Of a stretch of 64,000 bases of DNA, positions 23,444 through 31,821 are shown in pieces. The stretch comes from Bacilli bacterium (GTDB lineage: Bacteria > Bacillota_I > Bacilli_A > RF39 > UBA660), in contig JAFQQE010000014.1 in NCBI GenBank assembly GCA_017411405.1, forward strand, positions 67,735 through 131,734, written 5' to 3'. Both the position numbers and the translations under genes were made by a program. The notes under the pieces are model-generated. The model saw only the letters and a program-made list of their open reading frames with translations, searched no databases and had not been told where the DNA came from. Position 1 is the stretch's first letter. Each line of letters starts with the position of its first letter.

Positions 23444-23823
23444 TCATTTTAATAGATAATATAATAAATAATTATTTAAATATAATATCTCTACTTATAA
23501 TATATTATATATTTAATTTAAATAATAAAAACTTTTATCTATTGCTATTACTAGATATACTATTAAATAAATTACCATTTATTAGTTTACTAGTACTTAT
23601 ATTTCATTATATTAATAAATTAGTATTTAAAAAATTTATAAAAAATAAACTAACTATATCATTATTTTCTATTTTATATATGTTTTTATTTCTTACTATT
23701 TTATATTTTATAAATAGATATAATTACAGTTATATATATTATTTAAGAATTAACTTTATTTCTATTTTATATAATATAATTATTTATTTAGCTTTTATAT
23801 TTTTAAAAAATTATCAAAAATAA
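23440..23823 (+). CDS. mreD: Rod shape-determining protein MreD-like membrane protein
   Basis: 127-aa polytopic membrane ORF overlapping the mreC stop. The call rests mainly on position. Confidence 0.45.
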   Translation: MIILIDNIINNYLNIISLLIIYYIFNLNNKNFYLLLLLDILLNKLPFISLLVLIFHYINKLVFKKFIKNKLTISLFSILYMFLFLTILYFINRYNYSYIYYLRINFISILYNIIIYLAFIFLKNYQK

Positions 23824-23856
23824 AACATAATACATATAATTAAATGGAGGTTTATT

Positions 23857-24099
23857 ATGGAATTTAATGATGATTTTTTTGGTAAAGTAAAAAAGAAAAC
23901 AAATGTTGATAAAGAAACTTTAGTAGATTTAGCTAAAAGATTAAATGAAAATAATATGAAAGATGAAACTGTTTTAAGAAGTATAATAAGAGATTTATCT
24001 AAAATAACAGGAAAAGATGTATCAATGGAAAAAGAAGAAAAAATTATAGAAATAATAAAAAATGATAAAGTGCCTACAAATGTAGATAAGTTTTTTTAA
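23857..24099 (+). CDS. Stage VI sporulation protein F-like
   Basis: 80 aa. FFGKVKKKTNVDKETLVDLAKRLNENNMKDETVLRSIIRDLSKITGKDVSMEKEEKII resembles SpoVIF (YjcC) as I recall it. Confidence 0.55.
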   Translation: MEFNDDFFGKVKKKTNVDKETLVDLAKRLNENNMKDETVLRSIIRDLSKITGKDVSMEKEEKIIEIIKNDKVPTNVDKFF

Positions 24100-24241
24100 A
24101 ATTTAAAAAACTCTTACAAAGCCTAATGTTAGAGTTTTTATTATTGTATGTAAAAAATTATAAAGTTAAATATTGCAAATTAAATACAAGAATGTTATTA
24201 TATATTTACTTCTTTTATTGAAGAACTTCTTAGAGAGGTAG

Positions 24242-25612
24242 ATGATAATGATTGATTATAGTAGTATCTTTTTAGAAACAAAACTTCCAAAACCTTTAAA
24301 AAAAGAAGAACTTATTCATAATATAAAACAAGCTCAACAAGGAAGTTTGGAATCAAGAAACATAGTCATAACTCACAATATAAAATTAGTTTTGAACCAA
24401 GTAATAAAAAAATTTAATAATACACCATATGAATCTAAAGAGTTAGTATCAATAGGAATAATGGGATTAATAAAAGCAGTAGATAATTTTAACTTAGAAA
24501 AAAATGTTAGTTTTTCAGCTTTTGCAATTACTTGTATTAATAACGAAATTTTAATGTATATAAGATATAATAAAAAACATTTGAATGATACTAGTTTTAA
24601 TTCACCTATTGGAACAGATAAAGATGGTTCAGAATTAATGTTAGAAGATATATTAGAAGATGATAATAATGATTATGAAATAATAGAAAATAAAGAATCT
24701 ATTATCGAGATCAGAAATCAAGTACAAAGTTTAAAAATTAGAGATAAAAAAATTATTAGTTTATATTATGGCTTTAATAATAAAAGACACACTCAAGAAG
24801 AAATTGCCAAATTATTAGGCTTTAGCAGAACTTATATTAGTAGATTAATTGTTAAAATTGAAAAACAAATAAAAGAAAATTTGATTCAAAAAGGATTTGC
24901 TGATGATTCTGGTACAAATAATAAATTAAGAAAGGAAAGAAAGATTATGCCAAGAAATTTAAAAACAATATTCGAGTGTCTAAATTGTTCAAAAGAACAA
25001 TTTGAAACTATTCAAACTAAATTAAGCGAAGAAGAAAATAATTTAATAAAATTAAGATACGGAGAAGATTTAGATAATCCTAAACCATCTCCAAATTGGA
25101 CAAAGGAAAATAATTCAAAATTTTATTATAGTTTAGTTCCAAAAATGAAAAAAATGTTAGCTAATCCAGATAAAATAATAAAAGATAGAAAACCAAGAAA
25201 TAAAAAAGCAGAAAAAGAAGTATTGAAAGACAATATCGACTCTGTTAAAGGGACTTCAAAAATCTTAGAAAATGCAACACTAATACCAAATAATGAATCA
25301 CAAAATATAATTTTAAAAGAAGATAACATTAAAACATTAGAGGCATTAAAATCACCTATATTTAAAAAATTAATGAAATTTTTATCAATCAAAGAAATGA
25401 TTGTAATAAGTTTAAAATTTGGATATGCAAATGGAAAATATTATACAACTAAAGAAATTGCAAATTTCTTAGAAATGGATGAAACTGAAGTAAGAACAAT
25501 AATAAAGAAAGTTCTTTTAGATTATAAAGTAAATGTTATTAAATTTATAGATGATGTAATTAAATTAACAACTGAAGAGACAACTGAATTATCAATGAAA
25601 TATTCCAAATAA
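24242..25612 (+). CDS. SigE/SigK-group sigma-70 factor fused to a ~230-aa extension with extra region-4-like modules
   Basis: aa 1-215: LPKPLKKEE, ITHNIKLVL, SIGIMGLIKAVDNF, CINNEILMYIRYNKK, SPIGTDKDGSELMLEDIL, HTH EEIAKLLGFSRTYISRLI. aa 236-456: LIKLRYGEDL and MIVISLKFGY..TTKEIANFLEMDETEVRTIIKKVL. The start may instead be the second ATG at 24248. Confidence 0.8.
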   Translation: MIMIDYSSIFLETKLPKPLKKEELIHNIKQAQQGSLESRNIVITHNIKLVLNQVIKKFNNTPYESKELVSIGIMGLIKAVDNFNLEKNVSFSAFAITCINNEILMYIRYNKKHLNDTSFNSPIGTDKDGSELMLEDILEDDNNDYEIIENKESIIEIRNQVQSLKIRDKKIISLYYGFNNKRHTQEEIAKLLGFSRTYISRLIVKIEKQIKENLIQKGFADDSGTNNKLRKERKIMPRNLKTIFECLNCSKEQFETIQTKLSEEENNLIKLRYGEDLDNPKPSPNWTKENNSKFYYSLVPKMKKMLANPDKIIKDRKPRNKKAEKEVLKDNIDSVKGTSKILENATLIPNNESQNIILKEDNIKTLEALKSPIFKKLMKFLSIKEMIVISLKFGYANGKYYTTKEIANFLEMDETEVRTIIKKVLLDYKVNVIKFIDDVIKLTTEETTELSMKYSK

Positions 25613-25648
25613 AATACTATTAGTTGAAGTTAATACTAATAGTATTTT
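25613..25648 (+). terminator. Rho-independent terminator
   Basis: AATACTATTAGT-10 nt-ACTAATAGTATT perfect 12-bp stem with a short T-run. Confidence 0.6.
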
Positions 25649-25703
25649 AGTTATTATAAAAAAATATATTAAACGAAGAATATACTAAATTATTAAAATA
25701 ATT

Positions 25704-25732
25704 TTGACAAAATCAACAAAAAATAGTATTAT
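25704..25732 (+). promoter_or_regulatory. Consensus SigA-type promoter (TTGACA-17 nt-TATTAT)
   Basis: Exact -35 hexamer, 17-nt spacer, near-consensus -10. Lies 28 nt upstream of the 25760 ATG. Confidence 0.6.
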
Positions 25733-25759
25733 ATTTAACATTAAAAAGGAGTTGTTATT

Positions 25760-26485
25760 ATGCTTAATAGGGATTTATTTGTGAGTAAAGACTTACCTAT
25801 GCCATTAAATCAAGAAGAAATAATTAAACTTATTAAAGAATATAGAAATGGTAATATTGATGCAAGAGAAAAGATAATAAATCATAATATAAGATTAGTT
25901 ATAAAATTAGTTGAAAAACATTTTAATTGTTATTATTACGATCAACAAGAACTAATCTCTACTGGTATAATAGGTTTAATAAATGCAGTTGATTTTTTTG
26001 ATGTTGATAAAAATATCGCATTTTCTACATATGCTTCTAAAGCAATTATAAGAGAAATTGTAAAGGAAATAGAAAGAAATAATAAAAGAATAGATGCAAA
26101 AAGTATAGAAGATAGTGTATCGTCAGACTTTGACGAAATAAAAATAAAAGATACATTAATAGATAAGAAAGCAAATCTATTAGAAAAAATTGAAACAGAC
26201 GAAATGCTTAAAGATATTTATAATTATATTTGTAAGTTACCTATTAAAAAAAAGGAAATAATGGAATTATATTTCTTTAATGAAAATATGTACACTCAAA
26301 GAGATATAGCAGATATGTATGGTTTGTCTAATTCTTATGTATCATTAATAATCATTACCGAATTAAAAAAAATACGAAATCATTTAAAGGCTAAAAGATT
26401 TATAGAACCATCTATTAAAATAGAAGCGAAAACTAAAAGAAAAACAAGTAAAAATCTTGACAATGTATCTAAAAAAATAATATAA
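25760..26485 (+). CDS. SigE/SigK-group sigma-70 factor paralogue without pro-sequence
   Basis: 241 aa. LPMPLNQEE, INHNIRLVIKLV, STGIIGLINAVDFFD, region-4 HTH QRDIADMYGLSNSYVSLII. AGGAG SD. Confidence 0.8.
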   Translation: MLNRDLFVSKDLPMPLNQEEIIKLIKEYRNGNIDAREKIINHNIRLVIKLVEKHFNCYYYDQQELISTGIIGLINAVDFFDVDKNIAFSTYASKAIIREIVKEIERNNKRIDAKSIEDSVSSDFDEIKIKDTLIDKKANLLEKIETDEMLKDIYNYICKLPIKKKEIMELYFFNENMYTQRDIADMYGLSNSYVSLIIITELKKIRNHLKAKRFIEPSIKIEAKTKRKTSKNLDNVSKKII

Positions 26486-26529
26486 TTTGAGTATAAATTG
26501 ATGATTTAGGACAATAGTAATATAATTTT

Positions 26530-26698
26530 ATTAAAGAGAGTCAGTGGTTGGTGTAAACTGATATAAAAGATTACTTATCTACCTAATAGAGTGATTAATC
26601 ATCACCGGTTAAAAACCGTTATAAAATTGAGTTAAATAAAGGATGGTACCGTGCAAATCGCACTCCTTAGAGTATCATTCTTTTTTTATAAAGAAAAG
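26530..26698 (+). promoter_or_regulatory. T-box riboswitch leader (Ser; candidate specifier UCU)
   Basis: AGAGAGTCAGTGG stem I start and T-box sequence AAAGGATGGTACCGTGC. Terminator helix plus T7 run. Upstream of serS. TCT followed by A in TTATCTACC. Confidence 0.85.
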
Positions 26699-26705
26699 AG
26701 GTATA

Positions 26706-26801
26706 ATGAAAAATAACTTATTAAAATATTTAAAAGTGGTTACATTAAAATATGGAAATAATATAAAGAAAGCAAGGGAGAAAGATTATGATAGATATTA
26801 A
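26706..26801 (+). CDS. Candidate 31-codon leader ORF between the T-box terminator and serS
   Basis: AAAGAGGT SD, ATG, MKNNLLKYLKVVTLKYGNNIKKAREKDYDRY. Different frame from serS and overlaps its start by 14 nt. Confidence 0.25.
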   Translation: MKNNLLKYLKVVTLKYGNNIKKAREKDYDRY

Positions 26802-28065
26802 ATTAATAAGAGAAAATAAAGATTTAGTAAAGGAAAATATAAAAAAGAAATTTCAAGAAGAAAAATTAGCATTAGTTGATGAAATATATGAATTAGATAA
26901 AAAATATAGAGATGCTAAAATGAATGGTGATAATTTAAGAAATGAAAAAAACAAATTATCAAATTCTATAGGTCAACTAATGAAAGATAAAAAACAAGAA
27001 GAAGCTAATGATGTAAAACTTAAAGTAAAAGAAATGCAAGAAGAAATAGAGAAACTTACTATAACAGAAAGTGAATTAGAAAAAGTTATAAAAGAAAAAA
27101 TGATGATTATACCAAATATAATCGATTCATCTGTTCCAATAGGTAAAGATGATAACGAAAACGTTGAAATTGAAAAATTTGGAGAACCTATAGTTCCGAG
27201 TTATGAAATTCCATATCATGCCGATATACTAGAAAGTATTAATGGATTAGATAAAGATGCTAGCGGAAGAACAAGTGGTAACGGCTTTTATTACCTTATG
27301 GGAGATGCAGCAAGACTTACTTCTGCTATGTTAAGCTACGCTAGAGACTTTATGATAGAAAAAGGATTTACTTATTGTATTCCTCCATTTATGATTAGAA
27401 GTGATGTAGTAAATGGAGTAATGAGTTTTGCTGAAATGGATGCAATGATGTACAAAATCGAAGGAGAAGACTTATATTTAATAGGTACAAGTGAGCACTC
27501 TATGATTGGTAAATTTAAAGATCAAATAGTAAAAGAAGATAAATTACCAATATGCATGACTTCATATAGCCCATGTTTCAGAAAAGAAGTAGGTGCCCAT
27601 GGAATAGAAGAAAGAGGAATTTATAGAGTTCATCAATTCGAAAAACAAGAGATGATTGTACTATGTAAACCAGAAGAAGCAATGGAATGGTATAATAAAA
27701 TGTGGTCATTCACTGTAGAATTATTTAGAAGCTTAGATATTCCAGTTAGAACATTAGAATGCTGTAGTGGAGATTTAGCAGATTTGAAAGTAAAATCTTG
27801 TGATGTAGAAGCATGGAGCCCAAGACAACAAAAATACTTTGAAGTAGGAAGCTGTTCAACTTTAGGTGATGCGCAAGCAAGACGTTTAGGTATACGAACT
27901 AAAGGTGAAAACGGAACATATTATGTTCATACATTAAATAATACAGTATTAGCAAGTACTAGAGCACTAATAGCATTCTTAGAAAATAATTATAACGAGG
28001 ATGGAAGTATAAATATACCAGTTGCTCTAAGACCTTATATGGGAGGAAAAGAAATTATTAAATAA
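26788..28065 (+). CDS. serS: Seryl-tRNA synthetase
   Basis: MIDIKLIRENKDLVKENIKKK N-terminus, class II motifs (FRKEVGAHG..RVHQFEKQE; GSCSTLGDAQARR). Confidence 0.95.
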   Translation: MIDIKLIRENKDLVKENIKKKFQEEKLALVDEIYELDKKYRDAKMNGDNLRNEKNKLSNSIGQLMKDKKQEEANDVKLKVKEMQEEIEKLTITESELEKVIKEKMMIIPNIIDSSVPIGKDDNENVEIEKFGEPIVPSYEIPYHADILESINGLDKDASGRTSGNGFYYLMGDAARLTSAMLSYARDFMIEKGFTYCIPPFMIRSDVVNGVMSFAEMDAMMYKIEGEDLYLIGTSEHSMIGKFKDQIVKEDKLPICMTSYSPCFRKEVGAHGIEERGIYRVHQFEKQEMIVLCKPEEAMEWYNKMWSFTVELFRSLDIPVRTLECCSGDLADLKVKSCDVEAWSPRQQKYFEVGSCSTLGDAQARRLGIRTKGENGTYYVHTLNNTVLASTRALIAFLENNYNEDGSINIPVALRPYMGGKEIIK

Positions 28066-28154
28066 AGGCTTTTAAAAAAGTCTTTTTAAATATTAAAATA
28101 ATTGCAATTTATTAATTAATAATTTATAATTAAATAAGGATAGAGGGTGTTTAA

Positions 28155-29207
28155 ATGAAAGTGTTAGTAATAACTAAGCCAGTATATGACTATATACTAC
28201 CATTAGTAGAATTTCCAAGTGATGGTGATATATTTAATATAGAAAATTCTATAAAGACAATATCTTCTATAGGTAGTATAGTAAGTGTTACATTAGCAAA
28301 ATATAATTTAGAAGTATATTTAACGGGTACAATAGGATATGATGATACAGGAAAGAAAATAAAAGAAATACTATCAAATAACAAAGTCAATGTAGATTAT
28401 ATAGAGAATACAGATGGTAATACGTGTACATCATATAAAATATATAATAGTAAATCAAATAAATTTACATGTATAAACGAAAAATCTTTAAAAGGAGATT
28501 TAACTAAATATAAATATGATATAGAACCAGAAGTAATTATTATGGATGATAAAGACTATCAAGCTAATTTAGCTGCAATTAATAATTATCCAAATTCTAC
28601 ACTTATTTATATTGGAGAAAAATATACAAAAGAATCTAGTATATATTGTAATAAATGTAATTATGTTATATCTAATTTATCTTTTGCTAGTGAAGCAACA
28701 GGTATAACAAACTTAAAAAAAGAAAAAAACTATGTAGAATTATTTCAAAAATTTATAGATTTATATAATACTAATCTAATAATAAAATTAGATAATTTTG
28801 ACATATTATATTGCATTAATGATGAAGTAAGATTAATAAAAAATATAAATAAAAATATTACTAATAAAGATTATATATATTATTCGGTATTAGTATATAA
28901 TTTAATAAATAATAAAAATATAGAAGATTCTATTAAATTAACTAATAAAATTATGTTAAATAGTAATAATGATATCAATTTATTAAATGATATACCTGAA
29001 TATAATGTAGTTAATGAAATAATAAAAAATTATAATAATACTCTAATTAATAATGCTATAGATTCTAATACAAAATTAACTGATAATAAAAATAGTATAG
29101 AAGAAAAAACAATTACGGAAACTAACTTAGTAAAAAATGCAGTAGAAACTTTAGAAACACCAAATTTAAATGAAAATAACGGGGTTAATAATGTCGAAAG
29201 ATTATAA
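28155..29207 (+). CDS. PfkB/ribokinase-like protein, apparently degenerate, with N-rich C-terminal extension
   Basis: N-terminal pattern SIGSIVSVTLAKYNLEVYLTGTIGYDDTGKKIKEIL..VNVDYI resembles PfkB kinases. No DTxGAGD-type motif seen. Confidence 0.35.
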   Translation: MKVLVITKPVYDYILPLVEFPSDGDIFNIENSIKTISSIGSIVSVTLAKYNLEVYLTGTIGYDDTGKKIKEILSNNKVNVDYIENTDGNTCTSYKIYNSKSNKFTCINEKSLKGDLTKYKYDIEPEVIIMDDKDYQANLAAINNYPNSTLIYIGEKYTKESSIYCNKCNYVISNLSFASEATGITNLKKEKNYVELFQKFIDLYNTNLIIKLDNFDILYCINDEVRLIKNINKNITNKDYIYYSVLVYNLINNKNIEDSIKLTNKIMLNSNNDINLLNDIPEYNVVNEIIKNYNNTLINNAIDSNTKLTDNKNSIEEKTITETNLVKNAVETLETPNLNENNGVNNVERL

Positions 29208-29457
29208 TAACCCTTTTTTAAGTATTTTACCTACAATAGATGTACATGGTTATAATAGAGATATGATAAAATATGTTTTAGATACTTTTATAAATGATAA
29301 TATAAAAATGAGCAATAAAAAGATAGTTATTGTACATGGAAAAGGGGAAGGAATATTAAAAAATGAAATTCATTCTTTACTAAAAAGAGATAAAAGAGTA
29401 AATAGGTTTTACTTAGATGGCTTTAATATTGGGCAGACTATAATTGAATTAAAATAA
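29191..29457 (+). CDS. Smr-domain protein
   Basis: IDVHGYNRD..IVIVHGKGEGILKNEIHSLL..G.TIIEL matches the Smr domain pattern. Overlaps the preceding gene's end. An alternative ATG lies at 29170. Confidence 0.65.
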   Translation: MSKDYNNPFLSILPTIDVHGYNRDMIKYVLDTFINDNIKMSNKKIVIVHGKGEGILKNEIHSLLKRDKRVNRFYLDGFNIGQTIIELK

Positions 29458-29505
29458 AACTTATGTTAAAATATAATAACTTTTAAAAAAAAGGAGTTGA
29501 TATTA

Positions 29506-30780
29506 ATGTTTATAGATGAAATAAATATTAAAATTGAAGCTGGACGTGGTGGAGATGGTTGTACATCTTTTAGACGTGAAAAATATATAGAAATGGGCGG
29601 CCCTAATGGTGGAAATGGTGGCCACGGATCAAATATAATTTTCAAAACGGATAGTGGATTAAGAACTTTAATCGATCTTAAAATGATGAAACACGTTAAA
29701 GGTGATAAAGGAGAAAATGGTAAAGGTAGCGATAGAAATGGTGCAAATGCAGAAGACATTATCATTAAAGTTCCTCTAGGGACCACAATTACTGATAATG
29801 AAACAGGATTAATTATCGCAGATTTAACAAGAACAGATGAAGAAGTAATCGTATGTCATGGAGGTAGAGGAGGAAGAGGAAATAGAGCTTTCGCAACTCA
29901 CGAAACACCTGCACCTCGTATGAGTGAATTAGGAGAACCCGGAGAAGAAAAGTTTATAAAATGTGAACTTAAAATGCTTGCTGATGTTGGACTTGTTGGA
30001 ATGCCTAGTGTTGGGAAAAGCACAATTCTTAGCATGATTTCATCATGTAAACCAAAAATTGGAGCATATCACTTTACAACTCTAAGTCCAAATTTAGGTG
30101 TAGTAAAACTAGATAATGACAAAAGTTTTGTTATTGCGGATTTACCAGGATTAATAGAAGGAGCAAGTAGTGGAATTGGATTAGGAGACAAATTTCTAAG
30201 ACACGCTATGCGTACTAAAGTAATCGCTCACGTAATAGATATGGGGTCATTTGAAGGCAGAGATCCAATTGTTGATTATGAAAATATTTATAATGAACTT
30301 AAAAATTATGATGAAAGATTAATTAATAAGCCTAGTATCGTAATTGCAAATAAAATGGATTTAGAAAGTGCTAAAGAAAATCTAGAAAGATTTAAACAAA
30401 AATATCCTGAACTAGAAATATATGAAATAAGTGCAATAACTAATACAGGCTTTGATACTCTTATTTTAAGACTTGCTTCAATAGTCGAAAATACTGACGA
30501 AACTGAACTATATAAAGAAGAAGAGTATGCTAACCATGTATTATATAAATTTAATGATTCAAAACCATACACAATAACTCGTGAAAACGATCTATGGGTT
30601 ATAAAAGGAAAAGAAATAGAAACTTTATTTGAAATGACTAGATTTACAGAAGACGAATCTGTAGAAAGATTTGCTCGTAAATTAAAAGGTATGGGTATAG
30701 ATGAAACTTTAGAATCCATGGGAGCAAAACGTGGAGACGAAGTAAAAATCAAAGATTATATATTTGAATTTAAAGACTAA
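29506..30780 (+). CDS. obg: GTPase Obg/CgtA
   Basis: MFIDEINIKIEAGRGGDGCTSFRREKY, GGRGGRGN, G1 motif GMPSVGKST, C-terminal OCT-like domain. AAGGAG SD before the ATG at 29506. Confidence 0.95.
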   Translation: MFIDEINIKIEAGRGGDGCTSFRREKYIEMGGPNGGNGGHGSNIIFKTDSGLRTLIDLKMMKHVKGDKGENGKGSDRNGANAEDIIIKVPLGTTITDNETGLIIADLTRTDEEVIVCHGGRGGRGNRAFATHETPAPRMSELGEPGEEKFIKCELKMLADVGLVGMPSVGKSTILSMISSCKPKIGAYHFTTLSPNLGVVKLDNDKSFVIADLPGLIEGASSGIGLGDKFLRHAMRTKVIAHVIDMGSFEGRDPIVDYENIYNELKNYDERLINKPSIVIANKMDLESAKENLERFKQKYPELEIYEISAITNTGFDTLILRLASIVENTDETELYKEEEYANHVLYKFNDSKPYTITRENDLWVIKGKEIETLFEMTRFTEDESVERFARKLKGMGIDETLESMGAKRGDEVKIKDYIFEFKD

Positions 30781-30806
30781 AAAACAAGAGAAAACTCTTG
30801 TTTTTA
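30781..30806. terminator. Bidirectional terminator
   Basis: AAACAAGAG-aaaa-CTCTTGTTT with flanking A/T runs. Confidence 0.7.
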
Positions 30807-31187
30807 ATATATTTTCCTAGTAGGATTCAATTGTTTTTTTAATACCTTTTTATTTATATTATTATTTTTAAATTTTTCTTTAATACTATTTTGAATTTGT
30901 TTTAATTCATTAAGATAAGAAGTTTTTTTATTATTGCTTTTTATTTCACTAATATAAATACCACTTTCTTTTATAATTAAATTAATTATTAAAAAAACAT
31001 AATTTAAATCATATAAATAATTTGATTCAGTAATATATTCTTTTGTTTTAAATCTAAAAATATAATCTCTAAAATGCAATTCTTTACTACTATCTATATA
31101 TAAATAATTAATATTGTTAGTAATTAATTTTTTTATTATAAACTCTAAATCTTTATCATTATTACATAAAACATTTATAACTATCAT
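30804..31187 (-). CDS. Hypothetical protein
   Basis: ORF with AGGAGTGA SD before the ATG at 31187. The track start at 31196 is a GTG inside the SD. No motif recognised. Confidence 0.45.
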   Translation of the reverse strand: MIVINVLCNNDKDLEFIIKKLITNNINYLYIDSSKELHFRDYIFRFKTKEYITESNYLYDLNYVFLIINLIIKESGIYISEIKSNNKKTSYLNELKQIQNSIKEKFKNNNINKKVLKKQLNPTRKIY

Positions 31188-31251
31188 AAAACTCACTCCT
31201 ATAAATATATTTTAACAAAAAATAGCAAAAAAAAGAAGTGAAATACACTTC

Positions 31252-31710
31252 TTAAACGCAATCTACAAAAGTATCACTTAAACATTTAATTGCACAAACA
31301 CAAGACAAATCCATTGTAAAGAAACTATTAGTTGAAATATAAGGCATAGTATTGCAACAACTTTCTTGTGGATTAGGTGCAAGTACTCTAAATGTAGCGC
31401 AACATCCATCTAGTTTTTCTACTCTAAATACATTAGAACAATCAGGACAACAAGCACTTACTTGTGGATTAGAACATACATTATTGTTATCCTTTTCTAT
31501 AGGCATACTCCAAGGTGTTCCGTTCCCACAACATGTATATAACATAACAGGTCTAGTATTACATACTAAGCAGTTAGGACCCCCTCCAAGCATAGGTCTA
31601 TCACAAGAATCTAAACAACTTTCTGGGCTTGCATTTTGTTGTAAAACAAGTATTACTTTCAATATATCACTTATGCAGCTTGAACAATTTGAATTTTTTT
31701 CATTACACAT
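31252..31710 (-). CDS. CotY/CotZ-family cysteine-rich spore coat/exosporium protein
   Basis: 152 aa, Cys-rich. VFRVEKLDGCCATFRVL and MDLSCVCAIKCL match FFRVEKL.DCCATL and VDL.CFCAI.CL of B. subtilis CotY/CotZ. Confidence 0.8.
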   Translation of the reverse strand: MCNEKNSNCSSCISDILKVILVLQQNASPESCLDSCDRPMLGGGPNCLVCNTRPVMLYTCCGNGTPWSMPIEKDNNNVCSNPQVSACCPDCSNVFRVEKLDGCCATFRVLAPNPQESCCNTMPYISTNSFFTMDLSCVCAIKCLSDTFVDCV

Positions 31711-31741
31711 GTATAATTCACCCTTTCATTTATACTCAATA

Positions 31742-31768
31742 TATTTTATGTAACTTTTATAAATTAGT
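31742..31768 (-). promoter_or_regulatory. SigK-type promoter upstream of the cotY/Z-like gene
   Basis: Minus strand reads AC-16 nt-CATAAAATA, matching the AC-N16/17-CATAnnnTA consensus. About 30 nt upstream of the ATG. Confidence 0.45.
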
Positions 31769-31821
31769 GATTTTATTTTTATATAAAATATAGTATAATT
31801 AATATAGACGAGGTGATAAAA

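Noticed and set aside
29466-30752. Minus-strand ORFs 29466..29786 and 30306..30752 opposite obg.
   Set aside because: They are antisense shadows of obg. One has Pro/Ser-rich odd composition and neither has translation signals.
31352-31753. 133-aa + strand ORF overlapping the cotY/Z-like gene.
   Set aside because: The minus-strand frame has CotY/CotZ motifs, an SD and a SigK-type promoter. The + frame has none of these.
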